Part shown: one piece after another, positions 20,611-29,064 of the stretch
Layout of the letters: each line of letters begins with the position of its first letter
How positions within the stretch are numbered: the stretch's first letter is position 1
Assembly: GCA_038321985.1 (NCBI GenBank)
Contig: JBBQFN010000003.1
Coordinates: 1 to 64,000 of the forward strand
Length of the DNA: 64,000 bases
Source: Cyanophyceae cyanobacterium
GTDB lineage: Bacteria > Cyanobacteriota > Cyanobacteriia > Cyanobacteriales > Laspinemataceae
Reading direction: 5' to 3'
Position numbers and translations under genes: made by a program
The notes under the pieces: generated by a model
The model's database searches: none
The model's input: the letters and a program-made list of their open reading frames with translations, nothing else
Told to the model about the DNA's origin: nothing

Positions 20611-20888
20611 TTACGATTAATTGCACATCCAGTCCCCTCCCCTTGGCAAGGGGAGGGTTAGGGTGGGGTCCTCCGGACGAGGCTTTGCCACGTCAGGAAG
20701 AATGAGTGGGTGGAGTGTCCTTCTGACGAGGCGATCGCCTCGTCACGAAGAAAGAGGTTGACACCGGAGTTTATACAGGCGAGATCGCCTCCAGTGAGTG
20801 CGTGACGCGGCGATCGCCTCGTCAAAAGAACCCCACCCTAACCCTCCCCTTGCCAAGGGGAGGGGACCGGATGTGCAATTAATCGTAA
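20611..20888. mobile_element. MITE-like element with ~73-bp terminal inverted repeats and internal HIP1-centred palindromes
   Basis: 20611-20683 is a near-perfect reverse complement of 20816-20888; no coding capacity. Confidence 0.7.
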
Positions 20889-20926
20889 AAAACCTATTCT
20901 TGTAAGGGAGATAGGGGAGAGCAATT

Positions 20927-20976
20927 GTAGGGTGGGCAATGCCCACCGAACAGAAGGTGGGCATTGCCCACCCTAC
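20927..20976. repeat. GTAG-family REP doublet (REPIN)
   Basis: GTAGGGTGGGCAATGCCCACC, 8-nt spacer, GGTGGGCATTGCCCACCCTAC. Confidence 0.85.
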
Positions 20977-20992
20977 TCCTTTGCGTGACAAC

Positions 20993-22696
20993 TTAATCTT
21001 CAAACAACTCAGGTAGGCGATCGCGCAATTCCTGATTCAACTGGGGTAGGCGATCGCGCAGAGATAAATACCACTGGTGACGTTCCCGGTAATGCTGACA
21101 TAGCAAGCGGTTTTCGGCTACCCACCGATACGCATTCTGCCCTAAACTCCTGCGTAAATCCACATCCAGGATTAGGGATTCTAACTTTTGGGCAAACTCT
21201 GCTTCGGACCGATAAATCAACCCCGTTTTGCCCTCTTTTATCGTTTCCTCATACACCGTTGGACTCGCGAGTACCGCCACACCATGACCCGCCGATTCAA
21301 TAAACTTTAGGTCAGACTTCATGCTATTAATTCGAGTAGGAGTTAGAGGCAGCAGCGCCACATCACAACTGTGCAACACCTCCTGATAAGTTTCGTAGGG
21401 AGAAAAGGGTAAAAATTCTTTATTCTTGAGCTGCAAACTCTCAAAAAACTGGCGATCGTGCAGAACTTTTACCCGCACTTGCTGCTTGTATTTTTTTAGA
21501 ACCTGATTCAACAGCGGTAAGATGGGCTGCCAGTCCGCCTCCCGATTTAACGCACCGAAAAATATCGTACAAGTTTTATCCTCGGGATACGTTCGCGCGG
21601 GAGGTAAATATCCCAAGTGATTCTTAAATACCGCCACATTTGAATTATATTGGCGTAAAAAATCCGCCAAGGGTTCCGTAGAAGTTTGCACCCCATGACA
21701 GCCGCGATAACTAAGAAATAAATTCTTTTCATATTCCGGACGGCGCAGGGGATCATCATCAATTTCTGCCACAATTAAATACCCGCGTTGCAGCAGTTGT
21801 TTGAGCTTACCCACATCGTCGGGATAGTCCATAATGGTGCGCTGCCAAATAAATACCTTTTCTTCTTGAGGTAGGGCGGCATTGATATCAGCAGTTCGCA
21901 CCCCGGAGAGCGTTCGTACTCCCGGAATTGTGGAACTCAAGCGGTCCGGTTCCAACACCCGAGGGCGATCGCACCCTGTCGGGGCCATAATAATCGTCTG
22001 AATTAATAACCGTCTGGGCGGCACCTCCGACTTAATTCCTCTCACCACATATTGAATCGCCCCTGTCTGAGTTTCAAATGCCTTTGGGTCAATCCCTAAC
22101 CTTTGAATCACTGGGGTCATTAGCTGCTGGAATTGTTGAAAATCAGGCGGTTTACGTCCCCGAGTTTGAATTTCATAACTCTGTAACCCTGCTTGAAGGA
22201 ATAACTTTTTAACCTCATCTAAAGTGAAAAACCGCAGATGAGTGCGATCGAGCAAACCTTGGTCTTGATACTCCCAATTCCCTCGCAACAAATTGATGAT
22301 TTGACTCCAGTGTTGAATGTTAGGAATGCAAGCAAGTACCTGACCCTCCTGCTTCAACCATTTCACCTGATGCTGGAGTACCGCCCACGGATCAACCAAA
22401 TGTTCCAACACATCGCCATACACCAAACAATCAACCGATCCAGGCTCAAACTGTAACCGCTCATCCTCCAAATCTTCTACATTTGCAACAATTACCTCAT
22501 CCAACCGTTGCGCCGCCACCGCTGCCGCTTCCGGATTAATTTCCACCCCAATATACCGTCCATGAGGATTAATCCGCTTATATTGCATCCCCATCGCCCC
22601 GGCACCACAACCCACCTCAATAATCACCGCTGCATCTGCTGGTAAAACCTTCAACAAATCCGGATTCACCCGGTCATAATAATCAAAATCAGCCAT
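20993..22696 (-). CDS. Class I SAM methyltransferase fused to a GT-B (GT4-like) glycosyltransferase
   Basis: [32 protein letters not shown]-terminal CDVALLPL...[13 protein letters not shown]. Confidence 0.85.
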   Translation of the reverse strand: MADFDYYDRVNPDLLKVLPADAAVIIEVGCGAGAMGMQYKRINPHGRYIGVEINPEAAAVAAQRLDEVIVANVEDLEDERLQFEPGSVDCLVYGDVLEHLVDPWAVLQHQVKWLKQEGQVLACIPNIQHWSQIINLLRGNWEYQDQGLLDRTHLRFFTLDEVKKLFLQAGLQSYEIQTRGRKPPDFQQFQQLMTPVIQRLGIDPKAFETQTGAIQYVVRGIKSEVPPRRLLIQTIIMAPTGCDRPRVLEPDRLSSTIPGVRTLSGVRTADINAALPQEEKVFIWQRTIMDYPDDVGKLKQLLQRGYLIVAEIDDDPLRRPEYEKNLFLSYRGCHGVQTSTEPLADFLRQYNSNVAVFKNHLGYLPPARTYPEDKTCTIFFGALNREADWQPILPLLNQVLKKYKQQVRVKVLHDRQFFESLQLKNKEFLPFSPYETYQEVLHSCDVALLPLTPTRINSMKSDLKFIESAGHGVAVLASPTVYEETIKEGKTGLIYRSEAEFAQKLESLILDVDLRRSLGQNAYRWVAENRLLCQHYRERHQWYLSLRDRLPQLNQELRDRLPELFED

Positions 22697-22758
22697 AAAT
22701 CTCTTCTCTAAATTTCTTCTCTAAATCTCTTTCCGTGAAAATCCGTGAAATCCGTGGT

Positions 22759-23622
22759 TCACCCCTTCCACCTCACCAAATTCCGAATTTTTTCGCTCCA
22801 AACCGTCCCGAAATGCTGAATTTCCAAAAAATTGGCCGTCAGAGGTGCAGGTTTATAAACTTTAAACGTCCGCATGATGCCGAGGGTAGCGGCACTTTCC
22901 AGGGGACCGACAAACTGGGTATCTCGGTCTAAAAAATAGGGCTGCTGCACCCAGTATTCCATCTGTTGTGCATTTAAGAAATAACAGCCGGAATGGGGGT
23001 TGCAGGTGCGCTGAAACGTGACTGATGTCCCCATGACAACGCCGGATAATCGGGGTTGTTCTTGAACATTCTGATAGTTTGCCGTAATTTGGGGATGAAG
23101 TTCCCCATCAATGTAGGTTTTGCCGATACCTGGATTCGTGGATTGTTCATAACGGTTAGGTTGGAGGAGGGCAAAATCCCCCGTTTGTTGCGTGAACCAA
23201 TTGAGCTTGATAAAAAACCAGGGGTCATGCAAAATTAAGTCATCTTCGAGAAAACAGTAGTAATCATAACGGCCTAAGTGTTCTCTTAACAGTGCCTGAG
23301 ACTCAAATCCCAGCAGCATTGGTTCGGCATGAGTCGGGTGATGGGTCCATAAATGGGAGGGGAGGGGAAGGGAGTCGAGGATATGGTAGCCTTGGGTAGT
23401 GCAAATCACAATCTCAATTTCTTTCTGAAGAGATTGATTAGCTGGCAAAGCAACACGGTGGGCATAATCAGTGGCGTATTGGGAGTTTCCAAATAACTCG
23501 TGCAACGCGGTTAGGTTTTGGGTGAGGGCCTGGATGCGAGGTTGCGGATCATTGCGTTGAGCGCCATACTTGCCAATACCGTCCGGGTTAAAAAAGTGAG
23601 CCAGGGTAAATAAGATCCGCAT
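22759..23622 (-). CDS. Uncharacterised GT-A-like protein (paralog 2)
   Basis: MRILFTLAHF start; YDYYCFLEDDLILHDPWFFIKLNWF, NPHSGCYFLN, GPLESAATLGIMRTF. Confidence 0.8.
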   Translation of the reverse strand: MRILFTLAHFFNPDGIGKYGAQRNDPQPRIQALTQNLTALHELFGNSQYATDYAHRVALPANQSLQKEIEIVICTTQGYHILDSLPLPSHLWTHHPTHAEPMLLGFESQALLREHLGRYDYYCFLEDDLILHDPWFFIKLNWFTQQTGDFALLQPNRYEQSTNPGIGKTYIDGELHPQITANYQNVQEQPRLSGVVMGTSVTFQRTCNPHSGCYFLNAQQMEYWVQQPYFLDRDTQFVGPLESAATLGIMRTFKVYKPAPLTANFLEIQHFGTVWSEKIRNLVRWKG

Positions 23623-23674
23623 AAAGGGTTTAGGTTTTAATTCCATGAAGTTTGAAGCGTGTTCGCGGCATTTA

Positions 23675-26600
23675 ATGACTACCTTTGCCACAATTTTAGA
23701 TCCCCAGCGTCAAGGCGCGGCGATCGAAATTGGGGTAGGAACACAAGATTATTATTTCGTAGATTTTGCCCAAGTTGGGTTTCCTACCTTGGCAGTGGAA
23801 CCGGCACCCGCCGAGGAGGTTTTGCGGACTTGTCGGGAGTTGAATGTTCCCCTAGAACAAGCGGCGATCGCAGAAGAAGAGGGGGAAGTTACCCTGTACT
23901 TGGGGGAATACAAAGGTCAGCTTAATGTCAATTTAAACTCCTTAAATCCAGATTGGTGGGGAGTGGCAAATCCTACTAATTCTCCGGGTTCCCCGGATGC
24001 TAATAGCCGGGGTACCCTGCAAGTGCCGGCTTTAACCTTAAAAACTCTTCTGAAAAAGCGAAGTATTGAGCGCCTCTCAATTTTAAAGGTGGACACAGAA
24101 GGCAGTGAATTTGGAATTATTAATGGGCTCCGAGAGATTCCTCCAGAAAGTTTGCCCATTTTGGTGCAATTTGAATATGGGGGGGGAGGCGACTGCCAGA
24201 GTCAAGAAGGAGGATGGAATCTCAAATATTTTAAGAGTACCCTCGATTGCCTAAAGGTGTTGAAAGACTTGGGTTATGAATGGTTATTGCTGATTGACCG
24301 CGACTTGCCTGTTCCTTACTCTTTTTACATTCAAGAAATTACTAATTTTGAGGATATCTTTCATCCTCTTTCCCATGTGGGAAATGCGATCGCCTGCAAA
24401 ACGCTTCCAATCACCTCGGAAGTCAACTTACACTCTCTTTGCTACCCTTATCTTAATTACTCCAGGAAATTAGCCCAAAGTTTAGTCGATTTAGGCTCAT
24501 CCGAACGGGTTGATTCCTTTAAATATATTCTGCCCTATCTGATCGTTGAGCAGTACAAGATAAAACGCCGCCCTCTACGGGTGCTAGAGTACGGATCGGG
24601 ATGTAATACTGAGCAGTTTATTGGGTCTCTAGTCTGTCATCAGTTAGTGTCGGTAGAAGACAACCCAGAGAGGTATAAAAAAATTACTCCCCTCATCAAA
24701 TCGGCTGGGAGTAAAATAGATATTGACTATCGACTAATTGAATTAAAAAATAAAAAATCAACCTTTTATTTAGAGAAAAATGTCTTTACTGAATCAGAAA
24801 TTTCAGCTTATTGTGAATATCCGCTGAAATATGGGGAAGGACATTTTGATATTATCTTTATTCATGTAGGCGATCGCCTACATGAATTAACAGCAACCAG
24901 TGAAACCAATCCTGGCTTTTTGGTTAGCAATTTATGTCTGAAACTTTCCCATACTTTATTAGCTGAAAACGGGGTCGTCCTGGTTCACGGCATACCCAGT
25001 CTTTTTTCTCAAATCCACCCTGCTTTAGAGTCAGGTATTAAACGCTTTTCTTCTATTAAAAGTTTCCCTGAATTTTATACAACTGTCCTCTCGAATTCTT
25101 TAAATTTAAACGAATTTGAACACTACATTAACAATTTGTATGGGACGACTCGCTCCCCAAAAACTGTAAAAAATGCGGCCACTTCCAGCCCTCAGTTCAT
25201 TGATAAAATTGATGAATTATTAAGCGAATTTGACGTTGAGGGTGTTGCCACAGTGACCCCTTATCATCCCTCGGGGGGTGATGCCTTATATGTCAAAAAG
25301 CCGGTGATTACCCTGTCTACCCTCGGCACCAATGGACGCTTTGCTAATCAACTATTTCAGTATGCCTTTTTAAAGATTTACGCTCAACAGCATGATTTGC
25401 AGGTAGAAACCCCAGAATGGATCGGTCAATATTTATTTGGACATTGCGATCGCCCCTTATCTAAAAACTTGCCTGAAATCAAAGATATCACTACCCTCTG
25501 TGATGACTCTCCGATTTTGCAACGAAAAACCCCGTTAAAAAATGTGGATATTTGGGGGTATTTTCAGTTTCATACCCGGTATTATTCCCAATATAAAGAG
25601 GAGTTTTGTAGTCTGTTTCAACCCGTCGCGGAAGTGAAACAGCAACTGCAACCTGTGTGCGATCGCCTACAGTCTCAAGGCAAAACTACTGTCGGATTGC
25701 ATATCCGGCTAAAAGATTATGGATTTTCCTACTTTTTCATTGCCCCCCTGATTTGGTATAAAACTTGGTTAGCCCAAATATGGGATACTCTCGATCAACC
25801 TGTTTTATTTATCGCCAGTGATGAACCGGAAAAAGTCCTGCCTCATTTTTCCGAGTATCAACCCGTCACTGCCAAATCCCTAGGGGCAGAATTACTCCAA
25901 GCCGAATTTTATCCTGATTTTTATTTACTAAGTCACTGCGATATTCTGGCAATTTCTAACAGTACCTTTTCCTTTGTTGCCTCCATGCTCAACAAGCGGG
26001 GAAAAGGCTTTTGGCGTCCCCAATTGTCCTCTCAAACCCTGATTCCTTACGACCCTTGGAATAGCGAACCCATTCTCCATGAGGCAAAAGTGCCGAAGAA
26101 GTACGAACCCGCCTGTCTGCGGACCCTGCGGCAGCAAATCACCGATCGCTGGTTGGGTTTACCCCGCGATCGCCTCAAAGTCACCTATTTTAGCGGGGTG
26201 GGTATCGATGCTAAAATTATGGTAGCCAGAGGGGTAAAAAATGAACCCCTCACCCCTAGTGAAGAACAGTTCGTTCAAGAGCTAAATCCCCGGATAAATC
26301 CCCAATTAGATACCCCATCGGCACTACAAGCATTATTAATCGCCATGATGTATCGGGATGCTTATCAACTCCCCTTACTCTATAACCGCGCTGCTATTCC
26401 TAAGTGGTTTTTCCCCGACTTTTGGAAGTTTCTGTGCGCTGCACCTAGTGCATTTTCAAAAAGCGGAGAACCCGAACAATACTGGCACTACGTCCAAGAA
26501 TTAACAAATTATCTTCATTTTCATCTGTTTCAAAATCCCCGATCCGATCTATGGCGCTATATTGCCTTATGTTTTACCCAATTCCATAACTTTAAAGCCT

Positions 26601-27850
26601 TATCTTCCTGGGAAGGGAATCCCTTAGAAATTGCCCAGAAACGAGGGGATATTCTGGAATTTACCCTCAAAAATTTAGGGCAACCGATTGATTATGAGTG
26701 TCTCCCTCGTCCCAGCACTCGCTCTAAAATTCGCCTCGGAATTTTGCAACAGAACTTTTTTGGGGCAAAAGAAACCGTGGTCACTCTGGCGGCATTTGAG
26801 CATTTAGATCGGGAGAAATTTGAGATTCGGTTGTATGCAATCGCTCGTCAAGAGACAGATCTCCAGCACATCTGCCAAAATTCTGCCGACAGCTTGGTGC
26901 AGCTACCCGAGAAATTAGCGGCGCAAGTGAAAAAAATTCGCGCCGATCATCTAGATATCCTCCTGATTGGGTCCGAGATTGGGAGCACGACGAATGCGAT
27001 CGCCCTGTTAGCCTGCCACCGCTTAGCAAGGGTCCAATGTACTGGGGCCTGGGTCTCCCCCACCACCACCGGACTGCGCCATCTGGATTACTATATTGCC
27101 GGCACTTTGATGACAGGACCCACCTTTGAGGACCACTATCGGGAACGCGTGGTTACCGTGGAAGGGTCTGGACTCTGTTTTGCCCGTCCCCAGATCAGGG
27201 AGGGACACCGAAACCAACCGACTCGCCACCGTTGGGGGGCTACCGAGGAAACCGTGATTTTCATTTCCGGTGCGACTACCAACAAAATCACTCCGCAGAT
27301 TCGGGAAACCTGGGCCAAAATTTTGGCAGCAGTCCCCAATTCCAAGCTGGTGTTATATCCATTTGGAGCAATGGGGGCAAAATTTTATTGCACCAGTCCC
27401 TACGACAATCATAGCCAGAGGGTACTAGAGCAATATGGAATTGACCAGAGTCGGTTGGTAGTCATTGACCAGTTGAAATCTTTAGAGGAACTCAAAAACT
27501 ATTTGCGGCAAGCGGATCTGTATTTAGACGCTTATCCGGATACAGGAGATTTATCTCTACTGGACCCCTTAGAAGTGGGACTCCCGATTATAGTTCGGGA
27601 AGGGAAAGCCCCACAAACTCGGCGATCGCCCGCACTATTGCGAGAATTGCAACTTTCCGAATTCATTACCCACAGTGAAGCCGCTTACATCCAGTTAGCC
27701 ATCTCCCTGGCAAACAACCCGCGACAACGGGAACAGTATCGACAGCAACTCCAGCACTGTTTTCAGAATAAGAGTCCCTGTCTCGACACCCGAGCTTATT
27801 CCGCAAAAATCGGCGCACTATTGGAAAAACTCGTTAAAAACCCCATTTGA
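23675..27850 (+). CDS. ~1390-aa fusion: FkbM-like methyltransferase + second class I MT-like domain + GT11 (alpha-1,2-fucosyltransferase-like) + helical module + GT41-like domain
   Basis: FkbM: IEIGVG, LKVDTEGSE. MT2: VLEYGSG. GT11: GRFANQLFQYA, GLHIRLKD, SNSTFSF. GT41: RLARVQC..SPTTTG, ATTNKITP, DLYLDAYP. Start 23675 inferred (alternative 23645). Confidence 0.85.
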   Translation: MTTFATILDPQRQGAAIEIGVGTQDYYFVDFAQVGFPTLAVEPAPAEEVLRTCRELNVPLEQAAIAEEEGEVTLYLGEYKGQLNVNLNSLNPDWWGVANPTNSPGSPDANSRGTLQVPALTLKTLLKKRSIERLSILKVDTEGSEFGIINGLREIPPESLPILVQFEYGGGGDCQSQEGGWNLKYFKSTLDCLKVLKDLGYEWLLLIDRDLPVPYSFYIQEITNFEDIFHPLSHVGNAIACKTLPITSEVNLHSLCYPYLNYSRKLAQSLVDLGSSERVDSFKYILPYLIVEQYKIKRRPLRVLEYGSGCNTEQFIGSLVCHQLVSVEDNPERYKKITPLIKSAGSKIDIDYRLIELKNKKSTFYLEKNVFTESEISAYCEYPLKYGEGHFDIIFIHVGDRLHELTATSETNPGFLVSNLCLKLSHTLLAENGVVLVHGIPSLFSQIHPALESGIKRFSSIKSFPEFYTTVLSNSLNLNEFEHYINNLYGTTRSPKTVKNAATSSPQFIDKIDELLSEFDVEGVATVTPYHPSGGDALYVKKPVITLSTLGTNGRFANQLFQYAFLKIYAQQHDLQVETPEWIGQYLFGHCDRPLSKNLPEIKDITTLCDDSPILQRKTPLKNVDIWGYFQFHTRYYSQYKEEFCSLFQPVAEVKQQLQPVCDRLQSQGKTTVGLHIRLKDYGFSYFFIAPLIWYKTWLAQIWDTLDQPVLFIASDEPEKVLPHFSEYQPVTAKSLGAELLQAEFYPDFYLLSHCDILAISNSTFSFVASMLNKRGKGFWRPQLSSQTLIPYDPWNSEPILHEAKVPKKYEPACLRTLRQQITDRWLGLPRDRLKVTYFSGVGIDAKIMVARGVKNEPLTPSEEQFVQELNPRINPQLDTPSALQALLIAMMYRDAYQLPLLYNRAAIPKWFFPDFWKFLCAAPSAFSKSGEPEQYWHYVQELTNYLHFHLFQNPRSDLWRYIALCFTQFHNFKALSSWEGNPLEIAQKRGDILEFTLKNLGQPIDYECLPRPSTRSKIRLGILQQNFFGAKETVVTLAAFEHLDREKFEIRLYAIARQETDLQHICQNSADSLVQLPEKLAAQVKKIRADHLDILLIGSEIGSTTNAIALLACHRLARVQCTGAWVSPTTTGLRHLDYYIAGTLMTGPTFEDHYRERVVTVEGSGLCFARPQIREGHRNQPTRHRWGATEETVIFISGATTNKITPQIRETWAKILAAVPNSKLVLYPFGAMGAKFYCTSPYDNHSQRVLEQYGIDQSRLVVIDQLKSLEELKNYLRQADLYLDAYPDTGDLSLLDPLEVGLPIIVREGKAPQTRRSPALLRELQLSEFITHSEAAYIQLAISLANNPRQREQYRQQLQHCFQNKSPCLDTRAYSAKIGALLEKLVKNPI

Positions 27851-28307
27851 ACCCCATTCAAGGAAAAATAGCAGAAGGGACAGTAAAGTAGGATGACCCG
27901 GGTAAGCTGGGCAACCTATTTAAAGAAACCAATCCCGGTTGCCTAGCGTCCCCGGTAGTAGAGAGAACTCAACGGCGTATCTACTAAAATAGTAAAACGC
28001 GTCAAAAATTGTTTCTGGGCAGCAATGATAATGGGTCAGGGTCAGTCAGCAACCGGATGAACGAGGAACGATGGAATGAGATATGGATTGCATTTTCTAG
28101 ATTCGGTTCATCCTTCCACAAGGGGTAAGTCTTCTATATCGCATCGACCCGCCCAATTCTGCCAGGGAAGCTAATTTGACAGCGTGTTTACGATGAAAGA
28201 GCATCACCCATCGCCAAACCCCAAACCTAAAAGTCAATTCAGGAAGCAAAAAGTGCTGTCAATGCCAACTAGGATTGGTTATATTTGTGGTCTTGCAGAG
28301 GTTGAAC

Positions 28308-29048
28308 ATGAGTGACCTTTTCCAAGTTGGCGACACGACGATTAAAGCCGAAGACATACCCGCCTTATTAAAGCGGTATCAGTTAGATCAGCAATTTTGT
28401 CGGGGTGTCGTCCTAGATAAAGGAATAGCTGAGGCGAATATAAACTGCACCGATGAAGAACGCTTAAGAGCGCTTGAAGACTTTGCAGTGAAGCAGAAGC
28501 TAACCTCCCCTGAAATCCGGGAGGCGTGGCTCAAAAGCCAAGGCATGACCGAAGAACAGATGCAGGAGTCTGTCGTGCGACAGATATTGATAGAAAAATT
28601 CAAGACAACCACCTGGGGGCCAAAAGTTCAAAGTTATTTTATGACCCGCAAAACTGACCTCGATAAAGTGGTTTACTCCTTGATCCGCACTCAGGATGGG
28701 GGTCTGGCCCAAGAAATCTACTTTCGGATTTCCGAAGGCGAACAAAGCTTTGCAGATGCGGCGAAGGAATACTCAAAAGGCCCTGAAAGCCGAAGCGGGG
28801 GATTGCTCGGGCCAGTTGCTGTCTCTCAACCCCATCCCCTAATTGGTAAACTGTTGTCGATTAGTCAACCGGGGCAACTCTGGCCGCCTCGACAATTGGA
28901 TGTATGGTTCGTGATTATTCGATTAGAAAAATTTATTCCAGCCCAACTGGACGACTCAATGCGTCGGCAATTAATCGACGAGATGTTTGAAAATTGGTGG
29001 CGAGAACAAGTGCAAAAAGTCGGTTCCTTGCAGTCTATCGCGAGTTAG
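28308..29048 (+). CDS. PpiC/parvulin-type peptidyl-prolyl isomerase associated with T1SS
   Basis: SFADAAKEYSKGPE...GGLLGPV rotamase motif; typical position upstream of cyanobacterial hlyB/hlyD. Confidence 0.88.
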   Translation: MSDLFQVGDTTIKAEDIPALLKRYQLDQQFCRGVVLDKGIAEANINCTDEERLRALEDFAVKQKLTSPEIREAWLKSQGMTEEQMQESVVRQILIEKFKTTTWGPKVQSYFMTRKTDLDKVVYSLIRTQDGGLAQEIYFRISEGEQSFADAAKEYSKGPESRSGGLLGPVAVSQPHPLIGKLLSISQPGQLWPPRQLDVWFVIIRLEKFIPAQLDDSMRRQLIDEMFENWWREQVQKVGSLQSIAS

Positions 29049-29064
29049 GCGCAGCTTCTTCATC

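Noticed and set aside
20743..21003. 86-aa ORF
   Set aside because: Translation of REP/MITE palindromes
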